Under the pieces are notes generated by a model. The model was not told the DNA's origin, did not search any database, and saw nothing but the letters and a program-made list of their open reading frames with translations. DNA of 64,000 bases from positions 992,001 to 1,056,000 of the forward strand of contig CAXXLF010000002.1 in assembly GCA_963664015.2 (NCBI GenBank). The letters are read 5' to 3'. The number at the start of each line of letters is the position of its first letter. Position 1 is the stretch's first letter. Shown in pieces: positions 40,271 to 52,115 of this stretch. Source of the stretch: Candidatus Binatia bacterium (GTDB lineage: Bacteria; Desulfobacterota; Binatia; UBA9968; CAXXLF01). A program made the position numbers and the translations under genes.

Positions 40271-41737
40271 ATGTTTAACCAGGAGTTACTTCCCGTCGGC
40301 TTGACCTTTGATGATGTCCTCCTCATCCCTGCGGAATCGTCCGTGCTGCCGCGGGAGATCGATGTCTCTACGCCCCTGACAGAACGCATCAAACTGAACG
40401 TACCCCTACTCAGCGCCGCCATGGACACCGTCACGGAGGCCCGTACGGCCATTGCCATGGCTCAGGAAGGGGGCATGGGGTTCATTCATCGCAACATGTC
40501 CGCGACCGCTCAATCCAAAGAAGTCGAAAAGGTGAAAAAATATGAGAGCGGGATGATCTCGGAACCCATTACGGTCGCCCCCCATCAAAAGCTCGCCGAA
40601 GCCCGTGAGATTATGCGCCAGAACGGCATTTCGGGACTGCCAGTAACCCAGGGAAACAAACTGGTTGGCATCCTAACCAACAGGGACTTACGTTTCGAAA
40701 AGAGATTGGATCGGCCCGTATCGGAGGTAATGACCAAGGAAAACCTGATTACCGCTCAACCCGGCGTGGACTTTGAAGAAGCCAAAGAGATTCTACACCA
40801 ACACCGCATTGAGAAGCTCCTCGTAATCGACACTCATTACCAATTAAAAGGTCTTATCACGGTCAAGGATATTGAGAAAAAAACCCAGTATCCGTTTGCC
40901 TGCAAAGATGAACGGGGCCGATTGCGCGTAGGCGGCGCCATCGGAGTCGGACCGGACTGTGAGGCTAGGGTGGAGGCTCTGATCGGGGCCGGCGTCGATA
41001 TGATCGCTGTAGATTCGGCTCATGGCCATTCCAAGAACGTCCTGGATGTGGTCGCCCGAACGCGGCAACACTATCCTGACCTCGACATCGCTGCCGGCAA
41101 CGTGGCCACCGAAGAAGGGACCCAAGCCTTGATCGATGCCGGGGCTAACGCGATCAAAATCGGCGTTGGGCCGGGCTCGATCTGCACAACGCGGGTTATT
41201 TCCGGAATTGGCGTACCTCAGCTCACGGCTATCGCCAACTGCGCCAAGGCTGCGGTGCGTCACAATATCGCCGTCATATCCGACGGAGGCATCAAGTACT
41301 CGGGTGACATCACCAAGGCACTGGCTGCCGGCGCCAGTTCGGTCATGATTGGAGGCCTCTTTGCTGGGACCGAGGAAAGCCCCGGCGAAACTATCCTCTA
41401 CCAAGGTCGAACGTATAAAATCTACCGCGGCATGGGCTCCGTGGGCGCAATGAAGGATGGCAGCAAAGACCGCTACGGACAGGGGGATGTTAAGGAAGAC
41501 ACGAAGCTGGTACCCGAGGGAATCGAGGGCCAGATCCCTTACCGGGGATCCTTGGCTTTCAACCTCCATCAATTGGTCGGGGGACTCCGGTCAGGGATGG
41601 GTTACGTGGGGTGCCGTACTATTCAGGAATTGCGCACCAAGGCACAATTTATCCGTGTCACCTCGGCCGGGTTGAGAGAAGGCCACGTCCACAATGTCTT
41701 TATCACTAAAGAGGCTCCCAACTATAGCAGCGAATGA
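40271..41737 (+). CDS. guaB: IMP dehydrogenase
   Basis: [20 protein letters not shown] pair, GPGSICTTR and YRGMGS. Confidence 0.97.
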   Translation: MFNQELLPVGLTFDDVLLIPAESSVLPREIDVSTPLTERIKLNVPLLSAAMDTVTEARTAIAMAQEGGMGFIHRNMSATAQSKEVEKVKKYESGMISEPITVAPHQKLAEAREIMRQNGISGLPVTQGNKLVGILTNRDLRFEKRLDRPVSEVMTKENLITAQPGVDFEEAKEILHQHRIEKLLVIDTHYQLKGLITVKDIEKKTQYPFACKDERGRLRVGGAIGVGPDCEARVEALIGAGVDMIAVDSAHGHSKNVLDVVARTRQHYPDLDIAAGNVATEEGTQALIDAGANAIKIGVGPGSICTTRVISGIGVPQLTAIANCAKAAVRHNIAVISDGGIKYSGDITKALAAGASSVMIGGLFAGTEESPGETILYQGRTYKIYRGMGSVGAMKDGSKDRYGQGDVKEDTKLVPEGIEGQIPYRGSLAFNLHQLVGGLRSGMGYVGCRTIQELRTKAQFIRVTSAGLREGHVHNVFITKEAPNYSSE

Positions 41738-43263
41738 TCCTCATTCTTGATTTTGGATCCCAGTACACGCGACTCATTGCCCGACGCATCCGCGAGTCCA
41801 AGGTCTACTGTGAGATCCATCCCTTTAACATTGGCCTGGAGAAGATCCGCGACCTCAAGCCCCAAGGGATCGTCCTTTCCGGCGGCCCCGCCAGCGTCTA
41901 CCACGAGACCGCTCCTCAAGTAAAAGACGATATCATTGAGCTTCCCATGCCCATTCTGGGCATCTGTTACGGCATGGGAATTATCAACCGGTCGGCCGGT
42001 GGCCAGGTGGCTCCCGCCGAACAGCGCGAATACGGCTTTGCCGATCTGTTGATCGATGACAATTCGGACCTTTTTTACAATTTCAGCGCGCAAGAAAAGA
42101 CCCGAGTCTGGATGAGCCATGGGGACCAGATGACCTCCATACCGGAGCGGTGGTACTCCCTAGCCCACAGCTCCAATTCACCCATCGCCGCCTTTGCCAG
42201 CCCCGAGCGACGCCTCTTTGGCGTCCAGTTCCACCCGGAAGTCACCCACACATCCAGGGGGAAAGAAATTCTGGATAATTTCCTCTTTCGAATCTGCAAG
42301 TGCGAACCTACCTGGACCATGCCTCACTTCATCGAGACTTCGGTCCAGTCTATCCGCAACCGTGTCGGCGATCATCGAGTCTTATGCGCCATGAGCGGAG
42401 GTGTCGATTCATCCGTAGCAGCCACCCTGGTTCACCGCGCCATCGGCGAGCGTCTGCTTTGCATCTTCGTTAACAACGGTCTGCTGCGCCAGGGTGAAGC
42501 CGAAGATGTTTGCGAGCTCGGCAAGCGTTTCGGAAAATGCTTCCATTACGTAGACGCCAGCCACCGCTTCCTGACCCGACTGGAAGGCGTGGAAGACCCA
42601 GAGGAGAAGAGAAGAAGGATCGGACACGCCTTTATCGAGGTCTTTGAGGAAGAGGCAGACAAACTAGGGGACTACCCCTTTCTGGTCCAGGGAACTCTCT
42701 ATCCCGATGTTATCGAATCGGTCTCCGCCGTCGGGCCATCGGCCACCATCAAAACACACCACAACGTTGGTGGTCTCCCTTCGAAGATGCGTTTTCAGAT
42801 CGTCGAGCCGCTTCGGGAGCTTTTTAAAGATGAAGTGAGAGAACTCGGCAACGCGCTGGGACTTCCCCGGGATCTCATCATGCGCCAGCCCTACCCTGGC
42901 CCAGGCCTGGCGGTTCGTATTCTGGGCGACGTCACGGAGGAGAGGTTGCAAATCCTGCGTGAGGCGGACACCATAGTTGCCCACGAGATGAAGGCCGCCG
43001 ATTTTTACGACAAGGTCTGGCAGTCTTTTGCCGTTCTGGTGCCTAACCGGACCGTCGGGGTCATGGGTGACGAGCGAAACTACGAGTACCTCATCGCCCT
43101 CAGGGTAGTGGAAAGTCAGGACGGGATGACCGCCGATTGGGTCCCGCTGCCACCGGAGCTGTTGGGTCGGATCTCCAACCGAATCATCAATGAGGTCAGA
43201 GGGGCCGGCCGAGTGGTATATGATATTTCCTCCAAACCCCCTGCCACCATTGAATGGGAATGA
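41734..43263 (+). CDS. guaA: GMP synthase (glutamine-hydrolysing)
   Basis: [33 protein letters not shown] and [10 protein letters not shown]. Confidence 0.97.
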   Translation: MILILDFGSQYTRLIARRIRESKVYCEIHPFNIGLEKIRDLKPQGIVLSGGPASVYHETAPQVKDDIIELPMPILGICYGMGIINRSAGGQVAPAEQREYGFADLLIDDNSDLFYNFSAQEKTRVWMSHGDQMTSIPERWYSLAHSSNSPIAAFASPERRLFGVQFHPEVTHTSRGKEILDNFLFRICKCEPTWTMPHFIETSVQSIRNRVGDHRVLCAMSGGVDSSVAATLVHRAIGERLLCIFVNNGLLRQGEAEDVCELGKRFGKCFHYVDASHRFLTRLEGVEDPEEKRRRIGHAFIEVFEEEADKLGDYPFLVQGTLYPDVIESVSAVGPSATIKTHHNVGGLPSKMRFQIVEPLRELFKDEVRELGNALGLPRDLIMRQPYPGPGLAVRILGDVTEERLQILREADTIVAHEMKAADFYDKVWQSFAVLVPNRTVGVMGDERNYEYLIALRVVESQDGMTADWVPLPPELLGRISNRIINEVRGAGRVVYDISSKPPATIEWE

Positions 43264-43340
43264 GACGGGCAGCTTTGGTACCGAAGATAAATTGTACCGC
43301 CCACTATTATGTGGTAGGTTAATCCGCGGAAAAAGGACAC

Positions 43341-46300
43341 ATGGAGCATACCGGTTTCGTTCATCTCCACTGCCACACCCAATACAGTCTCCTCGATGGC
43401 GCCAACAAGATTGAGCCCCTCTTAGAACGGGTACGTCAACTCAAGCAGCCTGCCCTAGCCATGACTGACCATGGCAATATGTTTGGCGTCGTGGATTTCT
43501 ACACCAAGGCCATCAAGTTCGGTATCAAGCCTATCATTGGGTGCGAGATCTATGTGGCCCCGACGACCCGTTTCGAGCGCAAGGGGTTCGATAAAGGGCC
43601 TCGTGAGTACAACAATCACCTGGTCCTGTTGGCCATGAACCGGGAAGGCTACCGGAATCTATGCCGGCTGGTCAGCACGGGATTTACCGAGGGTTTCTAC
43701 TACAAGCCACGGGTCGATAAAGATTTGTTAATGGAATGCAACGACGGTCTGATCGCCCTGAGTTCTTGTCTGCGCGGCGAGGTGGCCTCTTCCCTCAGCT
43801 CCGGGGTGGTGGAGAAAGCTAAGGCCGCCGCCGAACGGTACGCCAGTATCTTCCAGGACCGTTTCTATCTGGAGATCCAGGACAACAAGATTCCGGTTCA
43901 GGAAGAAGTCAACCGCATGATCGTCGAACTCGGCAGCGACCTCTCCCTTCCCGTGGTGGCCACCAACGACTGCCACTATGTCGAAAGGAGTGACGCCGCG
44001 TCCCATGACGTCCTGCTCTGCATCCAGACCGCCAGGAACGTAAACGACGAGAACCGGATGAAGATGACGACCGACGAACTCTTCATCAAATCGTATGACG
44101 AGATGAGAACGGGAATGGATTACTGTCCAGAGACAGTCGACCGAACCATGGAGATCGCCCAGCGATGCAATCTGGAGCTGGAACTGGGCAAGTATCACTT
44201 TCCCCACTTCGAGCCCCCGAAAGGCAAAAACTTAGATGACCATCTCGACGGCCTTACCCGCGAAGGTCTGGCAAAAAGGATGGAGGAGATCGAGGACCTC
44301 GGCGAGGATCAGAAACCGGTTTACGAGGAACGCCTCAATCACGAACTCAACGTGATCAAACAGATGCAGTATTCCGGCTACTTCCTGATCGTTGCCGATT
44401 TCATCAACTACGCCAAGGACCACGGCATACCCGTCGGTCCCGGCCGGGGTTCGGCGGCGGGAAGTCTCGTAGCCTATGCGCTCAAGATCACCGATCTCGA
44501 TCCGATTCCCCATGGTCTTCTCTTCGAGCGCTTCCTCAACCCCCAGCGACGTTCCATGCCTGATATCGACGTCGATTTTTGCATCCGCGGCAGGGATCAG
44601 GTCATCCAATACGTAAAGGACAAGTACGGCTCCGACAAAGTTGCCCAGATTGCAACCTTCGGGACATTGAAGGCTAAAGCTGCGATCAAAGACGTCGGCC
44701 GGGCCCTGGGTTTCTCCTTTGCCGAGACCGACGGTATAGCCAAACTCATTCCTGCACCCAAACAGGGGTTTGATTATCCCCTGGATGAAGCAATCAAGAT
44801 GGAGCCAAAGCTTCAGGACCTCATAAAGACTGACTCGCGGGTAAAATCCCTGCTGGAGCACGCCCAGCGTCTCGAAGGGCTCACCCGCCATGCGTCTACC
44901 CATGCGGCTGGCGTGGTCATCTCCAAACTTCCCCTACTCAACTATCTGCCCCTGTTCCTGGACAAGGAAGGGGGAATCGTGACGCAGTTTGACATGGACA
45001 GTGTGGAAAAAATTGGTCTCATCAAGTTCGACTTCCTCGGATTGAAGACCCTCACTCTCATTCATGATTGTCTGGAACTCATCCAGACAACTCGGGGGGT
45101 CGAAATCGACCTGAGCCATGTCCCTTTGACCGATAAGAAGACATACAAACTGCTCAGCTCCGGTGATACGACCGGCGTATTCCAGCTGGAAAGCACAGGG
45201 ATCCGGGAAATGACCGTCAAGATCCGGCCCAATTGCTTCGAAGACCTGGTAGCTATCCTGGCCCTGTATCGCCCCGGCCCCCTCGACAGTGGCATGGCGG
45301 AGGAATATATCAAGCGCAAACAGGGCCGGGAAAAGGTCCATCACCCTCATCCTTCTCTGGAGCCAATCTTAAAAGACACCTACGGGGTAATCATCTATCA
45401 AGAACAAGTGATGCAGATCGGCCAGAAACTGGCATGCTATACCATGGGCGAAGCCGATATGCTTCGCATCGCTATGTCCAAAAAGAATCCCGAGGAAATG
45501 GCCGCCCAGAGGGAAACGTTCCTCGCGGGCGCGAAAAAGAACAAGATCCCGGCCAAGATGGCAGAAACCATTTTCGACCAAATGGAGACCTTTGCTCGAT
45601 ACGGTTTTAACAAGTCCCATTCGGCTGCCTATGCGTTGGTGTCCTATCAGACCGCCTACTTGAAGGCCCACTACCCGGTCGATTTCATGGCCAGCCTGAT
45701 GAGTTCAGAGATGGGCGATACGGACAAGGTGATCAAAAACCTGGCTGAGTGCCGGGGGCAGGGGATTAAAGTCCTCCCTCCCAGCGTCAACGAGAGCCGG
45801 GCCCGTTTCACCGTAGTCGGTGACCAGATTCGTTTTGGCCTTTCGGCTGTCAAAAACGTAGGCGACAAAGCGGTTGAAGCCATCCTCCAAAGCCGGGAAG
45901 AGGAAGGGAGTTTTGACTCGATCTTCTCCTTCTGCCGACGAGTCGACCTGCGGGCAGTCAACCGCCGAGTGATCGAGAGTCTGATCAAATGCGGTGCCTT
46001 CGACTCCACTGGGGTTTCCCGGTCCAAACAGACCGCCGCCCTCGATGAGGCCATTCACGCTGGGCAAGCCCACCAGAAGGATCGGGAGAGCAACCAGATC
46101 GATATCTTTGCTGCCCTGGAAAAAACAGAAGGAGGGGCCGAAAAGTCCAAGAAGCGTTATCCGACCGTCAACGAGTGGTCTTCCAAGCAAACCCTAGCCT
46201 TCGAGAAGGAAGCCTTGGGCTTCTACGTTACCGGCCACCCCCTGGACAAATACGAGCGGGCCATCGACCGGCTGACCTCCGGGTCCATCGCCCGTTTGCG

Positions 46301-46862
46301 GGAAAAGCCGAGTGCCGGTGAAGTCAAAGTGGCGGGAGTGGTCACCGCCCTCAAGCTCCGGAACACCAAAAAGGGCGACCGTTACGCAAGTTTCAACCTG
46401 GAAGACAAGACGGGATTTATCGAAGTGATCGCATGGCCGGATCTCTACAACCGGGCCGTCGATCCCATCACTCAAGACGACCCCATTTTCATTCAGGGCC
46501 GACTTGATATCGGTGAAGAACGAGTTCAACTTATCGCCAATCAGATCACCCCAATGGCTGAGGTTATGGCCAAACATCGGCCAAAACCACAGCCCCAGGT
46601 CGAAACCATCACCGAGCCTGTGGAAGCCAAGGAGCTGCATTTCTACCTTCGTGCCCCGGAGGTTACGACCGAGGAGTTAAATCATCTGCACGAAATCCTG
46701 CAGGGTTCCCGCGGCGGCTGCACGGTCTTTCTCCATCTCGCCAATCCCAATAGGAGCGAGACAGTCATCGAACTTCCGCAACAATTGAAAATAAAACCCA
46801 CTCGAGAACTTTTGGAGACAGTGAATCGTTCTTTTGGGAGCCGCATAACCACCCGTGCCTAG
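43341..46862 (+). CDS. dnaE: DNA polymerase III alpha subunit
   Basis: PHP domain [30 protein letters not shown] and YGFNKSH; no intein-sized insertion. Confidence 0.97.
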   Translation: MEHTGFVHLHCHTQYSLLDGANKIEPLLERVRQLKQPALAMTDHGNMFGVVDFYTKAIKFGIKPIIGCEIYVAPTTRFERKGFDKGPREYNNHLVLLAMNREGYRNLCRLVSTGFTEGFYYKPRVDKDLLMECNDGLIALSSCLRGEVASSLSSGVVEKAKAAAERYASIFQDRFYLEIQDNKIPVQEEVNRMIVELGSDLSLPVVATNDCHYVERSDAASHDVLLCIQTARNVNDENRMKMTTDELFIKSYDEMRTGMDYCPETVDRTMEIAQRCNLELELGKYHFPHFEPPKGKNLDDHLDGLTREGLAKRMEEIEDLGEDQKPVYEERLNHELNVIKQMQYSGYFLIVADFINYAKDHGIPVGPGRGSAAGSLVAYALKITDLDPIPHGLLFERFLNPQRRSMPDIDVDFCIRGRDQVIQYVKDKYGSDKVAQIATFGTLKAKAAIKDVGRALGFSFAETDGIAKLIPAPKQGFDYPLDEAIKMEPKLQDLIKTDSRVKSLLEHAQRLEGLTRHASTHAAGVVISKLPLLNYLPLFLDKEGGIVTQFDMDSVEKIGLIKFDFLGLKTLTLIHDCLELIQTTRGVEIDLSHVPLTDKKTYKLLSSGDTTGVFQLESTGIREMTVKIRPNCFEDLVAILALYRPGPLDSGMAEEYIKRKQGREKVHHPHPSLEPILKDTYGVIIYQEQVMQIGQKLACYTMGEADMLRIAMSKKNPEEMAAQRETFLAGAKKNKIPAKMAETIFDQMETFARYGFNKSHSAAYALVSYQTAYLKAHYPVDFMASLMSSEMGDTDKVIKNLAECRGQGIKVLPPSVNESRARFTVVGDQIRFGLSAVKNVGDKAVEAILQSREEEGSFDSIFSFCRRVDLRAVNRRVIESLIKCGAFDSTGVSRSKQTAALDEAIHAGQAHQKDRESNQIDIFAALEKTEGGAEKSKKRYPTVNEWSSKQTLAFEKEALGFYVTGHPLDKYERAIDRLTSGSIARLREKPSAGEVKVAGVVTALKLRNTKKGDRYASFNLEDKTGFIEVIAWPDLYNRAVDPITQDDPIFIQGRLDIGEERVQLIANQITPMAEVMAKHRPKPQPQVETITEPVEAKELHFYLRAPEVTTEELNHLHEILQGSRGGCTVFLHLANPNRSETVIELPQQLKIKPTRELLETVNRSFGSRITTRA

Positions 46863-48168
46863 AGCTGCGACAGGAGTCAGCTCTAACTCCAATGGGGCAG
46901 GTGAACGGGTAGTCCTGGTTGGAGTCGAACGCACCTCTTCCGACCAGGAAATACTAATGGAGGAGAGCCTGGACGAGCTCGAAAAGTTGGCCGAGAGTGC
47001 CGGCGCTCGAGTCGTGGGCAGATTCCGACAGCACCTGAAGAAGGTGAGTCCCGCGACCTACATCGGGTGGGGCAAGGTCGAAGAAATCCAGCAGACAATT
47101 CTTGAGGACAAACCCGATCTGGTAATATTTGATGAGAACTTGAGCCCAGCCCAGCAGCGAAACCTGGAATCGGCGTTTCAAATTCGGGTCATTGATAGAA
47201 GCCAACTCATTCTGGACATCTTCGCCCAGAGGGCGCGTAGCAACGAAGGGAAGCTGCAGGTTGAACTTGCCCAATTGGAGTACCTGCTGCCAAGATTGAC
47301 CCGTCGCTGGACTCACCTTTCCCGCATGCGTGGCGGCATCGGCACCCGCGGCCCTGGCGAGACGCAGCTTGAAGTCGATCGAAGACGCATACACGAACGT
47401 ATTCGCAGTTTAAAAAAACGGCTGATCAAGGTCAAACGCACGCGGGATCTACACCGTCAGGAACGGTTGGACGTCCCCTACGCGACCGTGGCCCTGGTTG
47501 GCTACACCAATTCGGGAAAATCAACCCTGATGAACACCCTTACCCAGGCCGGCGTCGTGGCCGAAGACAAGCTATTTGCTACACTGGACCCTACCACGCG
47601 GGGCTTGCGGCTCCCTACGGGCGATCGTGTGATGCTGGTCGATACGGTGGGCTTTAGCAGTCGGATTCCCCATTCCTTAATTGAGGCTTTCAAAAGTACC
47701 CTTGAGGAAGTCACGAAGGCCGACCTCTTGCTCCACCTCGTTGATTTGACCAATCCACTCCATGAGAAGCAAATCAAAATCGTCAATGAGGTTCTACGCG
47801 ACATCGGGGCGGGAGATCTCCCCTATTGTATTGTTGCCAACAAACTCGACGTTGCCCCGGGAACGCTGATTCGAGACCTGGGCACCCATGGAACCGGCCG
47901 CGTACACCCCATATCCGCATTAACCGGATTGGGGATCGACTCTCTGCTCGAATCCATTGGACAAGTACTGGACGAGGGAAAAGAGCAAGCTCGCTTTTCA
48001 TTTACCCCCGCCGAGGCTCCCCTCCTCTCGTTGCTGCGCCAGCGGGGGCGGATCCTGAAAGAAAGATACGCGCGAGGCAAGACTCATATCACCGCACTTG
48101 TCACACCTAAATTAGCGGGTCAGATGAGAAAATGGTTAACTGATAACACCTTGGAAGCTTCACAATAG
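46855..48168 (+). CDS. hflX: GTPase HflX
   Basis: [31 protein letters not shown] and NKLD. Confidence 0.95.
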   Translation: MPRAATGVSSNSNGAGERVVLVGVERTSSDQEILMEESLDELEKLAESAGARVVGRFRQHLKKVSPATYIGWGKVEEIQQTILEDKPDLVIFDENLSPAQQRNLESAFQIRVIDRSQLILDIFAQRARSNEGKLQVELAQLEYLLPRLTRRWTHLSRMRGGIGTRGPGETQLEVDRRRIHERIRSLKKRLIKVKRTRDLHRQERLDVPYATVALVGYTNSGKSTLMNTLTQAGVVAEDKLFATLDPTTRGLRLPTGDRVMLVDTVGFSSRIPHSLIEAFKSTLEEVTKADLLLHLVDLTNPLHEKQIKIVNEVLRDIGAGDLPYCIVANKLDVAPGTLIRDLGTHGTGRVHPISALTGLGIDSLLESIGQVLDEGKEQARFSFTPAEAPLLSLLRQRGRILKERYARGKTHITALVTPKLAGQMRKWLTDNTLEASQ

Positions 48169-48180
48169 GACTTTTATGCC

Positions 48181-48777
48181 ATGTTGAATCTACCCAACTT
48201 TCTCACCTTGATTCGCATTGCAACCATCCCCCTGTTCCTGCTCTTGCTGTTCGGGCGCCACTACACATGGGCCTTGTGGATTTTTGCCTTCAGTGGATTA
48301 ACCGATGCCCTGGATGGACCCGTTGCCCGATGGATGAAACAGCGAACCCGTCTAGGGGCTTACCTGGATCCCATGGCGGACAAGCTTCTCATTATTAGTT
48401 CGCTCGTCGTTCTCACCTATATCGGTGCGACACCGGGTTGGTTTACCATACTCGTTCTCAGTCGAGATCTGATCATCACATTAGGCTACGGGGCGATCTA
48501 TTTATGGGTACAACAAAAGATGGAGATCCTGCCCAGCGTCATGGGCAAGGCAAATACTTTTCTCTTGCTGTTGACCATCACGGTCATTCTAGTCGCACTG
48601 CACGATTCCGATATTATCCCGGACGTCGGTCTACCCCTGGGCCCCTATAGATTTCACGTCATGAATGTGCTTTTCTTCATTACTTCCGTCACCACGATCA
48701 TCTCCGGTCTCCAATACGTTCATCGTGGCCTGGTATGGCTCCAAGAACGGGTCTCCCCCTCGACAGGGGCGAGTTGA
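48181..48777 (+). CDS. CDP-alcohol phosphatidyltransferase (PgsA-like)
   Basis: NLPNFLTLIR and DALDG.VAR...T.LG.YLDP.ADK. Confidence 0.9.
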   Translation: MLNLPNFLTLIRIATIPLFLLLLFGRHYTWALWIFAFSGLTDALDGPVARWMKQRTRLGAYLDPMADKLLIISSLVVLTYIGATPGWFTILVLSRDLIITLGYGAIYLWVQQKMEILPSVMGKANTFLLLLTITVILVALHDSDIIPDVGLPLGPYRFHVMNVLFFITSVTTIISGLQYVHRGLVWLQERVSPSTGAS

Positions 48778-48854
48778 CAGATCGTCAGGAAATTGGTAAT
48801 AAAATCATAGGGTTGCAAGATGGACATAAGATGTAACAATGCCCATGCCTCCAC

Positions 48855-48929
48855 AGGCACGTAGCTCAGTGGGAGAGCGCTTCCTTGACACGGAAGAGGT
48901 CGGCGGTTCAATCCCGCCCGTGCCTACCA
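48855..48929 (+). tRNA. tRNA-Val(GAC)
   Basis: Acceptor stem aggcacg/cgtgcct, anticodon arm cttcc-ttGACac-ggaag, GGTTCAATC T-loop and encoded CCA; upstream TTGACA-17-TAATAA at 48774-48802. Confidence 0.97.
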
Positions 48930-48978
48930 AAAAATAGCGCATTAGGTTTAGTCGAACAGGAAACTTTAGCTTAGACCA

Positions 48979-50916
48979 ATGGAATCCATTCACGTCAAAC
49001 TACCAGGTGACAAAACCGTCGAGGTGCCCCCTAGCACCAAGATTCAAGAGATCCTTACGTCTTCAGGAAACAAGAAAGATATTATCGCCGCCAAACTAGA
49101 TGGTATCGCCGTGGACCTAGAGCGTCCCTTGAGCCACGACTGCACTCTGGATTGGATTAATATTAACAGCCCTGATGGCTTGGATATCCTGAGGCATTCG
49201 ACCGCCCATCTCATGGCCCAGGCGGTCCAGAGTTTATTCCCCGGCACTCAGGTCACCATCGGCCCGACCATCGACGACGGCTTCTACTACGACTTCAAGC
49301 GTGACAAGCCCTTCACCCCTGACGAGATCCAGATGATTGAGACCCGCATGCGGGAGCTATCCAAGGCAAATCTCAAGGTCCAGCGGGAAGAGCAATCCAA
49401 GGAGTCGGCGGTGGAGCTTTTCAAAGGGATGGGCGAGGCCTACAAGGGTTCCATCCTCAGCGAAATTTCCGAAGCGCAGGTTTCCCTTTATCGCCAGGGG
49501 GACTGGGTAGATTTATGCCGTGGGCCTCACGTGCCCTCCACCGGCGTGATTCGCGCCTTTAAGTTGACCCGCGTCGCGGGAGCGTACTGGCGGGGCAACG
49601 AAAACAACGAGATGCTTCAACGGATCTATGGGACCTCGTTTCCCACCGAGAAGCTGCTCAATGAGCACCTCCGACTTCTGGAGGAGGCCAAGAAGAGAGA
49701 CCACCGTCGTCTCGGTCGCGAACTGGACCTCTTTAGCTTCCATCCCATCGCTCCCGCAAGCCCCTTTTTTCACCCAAAAGGCGCCATCGTTTACAATGAA
49801 TTGGTCGCCTTCATCCGGCGACTCTATCAGGAGTACGGCTACCAGGAGGTGATCACACCCCAAATTTTCGACGTGGAGCTCTGGCACCGTTCCGGTCACT
49901 ATGACCATTTCAAGCAGAGTATGTATTTCACCCAGATCGACGAGCGGGAGTTCGCTATCAAACCTATGAACTGCCCGTCCCACACGTTCATCTACGCCTC
50001 AAAAAAGCGGTCCTACCGGGAGCTGCCCATTCGCCTGGCCGATTTTGGACGGCTGCACCGCTATGAAAAGTCCGGAGTGACCGCCGGCCTCACCCGGGTG
50101 CGCTCTTTTTCCCAGGACGACGCCCATATATTCTGTGCCCCGGAGCAGATTGAGGACGAGATGACCAGTCTCTTGCAAATGATTTATGAGGTCTTCCGGG
50201 TCTTCCAGTTTACCCAAATCCAGGTTAAACTCTCCACTCGTCCTGAAGCCTACATGGGAAGCTCCGAGACATGGGAGCGAGCTGAAAACTCCCTCGCCGA
50301 TTCACTGCGAAAGCGCAGCATCGACTTTCAAGTTAATGAAGGGGATGGGGCCTTCTACGGCCCCAAGATCGACTTCGTGGTACTGGACGCTATGCGGCGT
50401 GGGTGGCAGCTGGCAACGATCCAGCTTGATTTCTCCATGCCAGAGCGCTTCGATCTCGGTTACGTCACGGCCAGCGGGTCGGAGGCAACACCGGTGATGA
50501 TCCATCGGGCGATCCTGGGATCCATTGAGCGCTTCATGGGGATTTTGATCGAGCACACCGGCGGAGCATTTCCCCTATGGTTGGCTCCGGTTCAGCTGAG
50601 AATTGTTAATGTTACGGACGCACAAAAAAACTACGCCCAAGAGGTCTTTCACAGGTGTAAAGGCGAGGGGTGGCGTACCGAGCTGGACGACCGAAACGAA
50701 AAACTCGGATTTAAAATCCGTGAGGCCCAGCTTGCAAAGATTCCCTATATAGTGGTAATCGGAGATAGAGAAAAATCGGATAGGACCGTGTCTCCCCGTT
50801 CCCGGGGTGGTCAGACTCTTATGGCCATGTCCGTCGAGGAGTTTTTGGGGCAGCTTCAACAGGAGAGTAAGGAAGCCGGTACGCCACACGGGCAACCAGA
50901 AGGAGAACTGTCATAG
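48979..50916 (+). CDS. thrS: Threonyl-tRNA synthetase
   Basis: RHSTAH, DLCRGPH, KPMNCP, FSQDDAH and MIHRAILGS.ERF. Confidence 0.97.
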   Translation: MESIHVKLPGDKTVEVPPSTKIQEILTSSGNKKDIIAAKLDGIAVDLERPLSHDCTLDWININSPDGLDILRHSTAHLMAQAVQSLFPGTQVTIGPTIDDGFYYDFKRDKPFTPDEIQMIETRMRELSKANLKVQREEQSKESAVELFKGMGEAYKGSILSEISEAQVSLYRQGDWVDLCRGPHVPSTGVIRAFKLTRVAGAYWRGNENNEMLQRIYGTSFPTEKLLNEHLRLLEEAKKRDHRRLGRELDLFSFHPIAPASPFFHPKGAIVYNELVAFIRRLYQEYGYQEVITPQIFDVELWHRSGHYDHFKQSMYFTQIDEREFAIKPMNCPSHTFIYASKKRSYRELPIRLADFGRLHRYEKSGVTAGLTRVRSFSQDDAHIFCAPEQIEDEMTSLLQMIYEVFRVFQFTQIQVKLSTRPEAYMGSSETWERAENSLADSLRKRSIDFQVNEGDGAFYGPKIDFVVLDAMRRGWQLATIQLDFSMPERFDLGYVTASGSEATPVMIHRAILGSIERFMGILIEHTGGAFPLWLAPVQLRIVNVTDAQKNYAQEVFHRCKGEGWRTELDDRNEKLGFKIREAQLAKIPYIVVIGDREKSDRTVSPRSRGGQTLMAMSVEEFLGQLQQESKEAGTPHGQPEGELS

Positions 50917-51419
50917 CGAAAGAAGCAAGAATTAACCATCAGATTCGAGCCAACGAGGTCCGAGTCATTGGCAACGAAGGGGATCAGCTGGGCATCATGA
51001 AGCTGCGGGATGCCCTGGAACTGGTGGAAAACCAGGAACTTGATCTGGTCGAGGTCGCGCCCGAGGCTCAACCACCGGTCTGTCGGATCATGGATTATGG
51101 CCGCTTCCGCTACCTGCAAAAGAAGAAGACCCACGGGACCAAGAAAAAATCGACTGTCGTAGTCATCAAAGAAGTGAAGATGAGGGCCCATACAGACGCC
51201 CATGACTTAGTCTATAAGGTTCGCAATATCAGGCGTTTTATAGAGAAGGGGCAACGAGTACGGGTATCCATCTTTTTCCGGGGGCGGGAAATCACGCATC
51301 CGGAGCTCGGCAGGGAAAAGCTCAACAGCATCTTGCTTCAGGTGCAAGATGTCGCTAAACCTGATATTAATCCAAGGATGGAGGGTCGGAGCATGGCAAT
51401 GCTCCTCACTCCCAAATAG
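50913..51419 (+). CDS. infC: Translation initiation factor IF-3, non-canonical ATA start
   Basis: AGGAG SD then ATA at 50913, in frame with IAKEARINHQIRA.EVRVIG..LDLVEVAP..PPVCRIMDYG..FRGRE. Confidence 0.93.
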   Translation: MAKEARINHQIRANEVRVIGNEGDQLGIMKLRDALELVENQELDLVEVAPEAQPPVCRIMDYGRFRYLQKKKTHGTKKKSTVVVIKEVKMRAHTDAHDLVYKVRNIRRFIEKGQRVRVSIFFRGREITHPELGREKLNSILLQVQDVAKPDINPRMEGRSMAMLLTPK

Positions 51420-51440
51420 AGATCGGAACGGAGAAGTCAC

Positions 51441-51638
51441 GTGCCAAAGATCAGGACCAACAGAAGCGCCGCGAAACGATTTAAAACCACTGGTACGGGG
51501 AAAATCAAGCGAGCCCGGGGGTTTAGACGCCACCTGCTCTCGAGCAAGGGCAGGAAACGGAAACGCAAACTGAGGCTGTCGGGTACGGTTGCCGCCAGTG
51601 ACGTTCGTAGGATTCGCAAGCTAATACCTTACGGGTAA
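51441..51638 (+). CDS. rpmI: 50S ribosomal protein L35
   Basis: [21 protein letters not shown]; position in the operon. Confidence 0.95.
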   Translation: MPKIRTNRSAAKRFKTTGTGKIKRARGFRRHLLSSKGRKRKRKLRLSGTVAASDVRRIRKLIPYG

Positions 51639-51734
51639 TTCCCGTAGCACCCGATTCGTCAACGTCACCGCACACACGGTTTTCACAGTTTTAAATGTAC
51701 AGGAACTACTTTAATCATCGAGAGTGAGCAAGAT

Positions 51735-52094
51735 ATGCCGCGAGTTAAAAGGGGAACCAAAGCCCGCAAACGAAGAAAAAAGGTTTTAAAGCTGGCCAAA
51801 GGCTATGTAGGCGCACGTGGTAATCTGTACCGCACGGCCCGTGAGACGGTGGAACGCGGCCTTGTCTATGCCTATCGGGATAGACGGGTCAAGAAGCGGG
51901 AGTTTCGTGGACTGTGGATTACCCGCATCAGCGCAGGAGCCAACATCAGCGGGTTGTCCTACAGCCAGCTCATGAAGGGGCTGAAACAGGCTGGCGTGGA
52001 GCTGGACCGCAAGATCCTGGCAGAGTTGGCCGTCTCCGACTTGCCCGCCTTCAGCCAAATAGCCCAGCTCGCAAAAACCCACCTATCGGCGTAA
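51735..52094 (+). CDS. rplT: 50S ribosomal protein L20
   Basis: [34 protein letters not shown]. Confidence 0.97.
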   Translation: MPRVKRGTKARKRRKKVLKLAKGYVGARGNLYRTARETVERGLVYAYRDRRVKKREFRGLWITRISAGANISGLSYSQLMKGLKQAGVELDRKILAELAVSDLPAFSQIAQLAKTHLSA

Positions 52095-52115
52095 CCCCTC
52101 CATCCCCTTTCGTCC

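Noticed and set aside
43341-46862. Intein or split in dnaE
   Set aside because: Length and motifs match an uninterrupted Pol III alpha.
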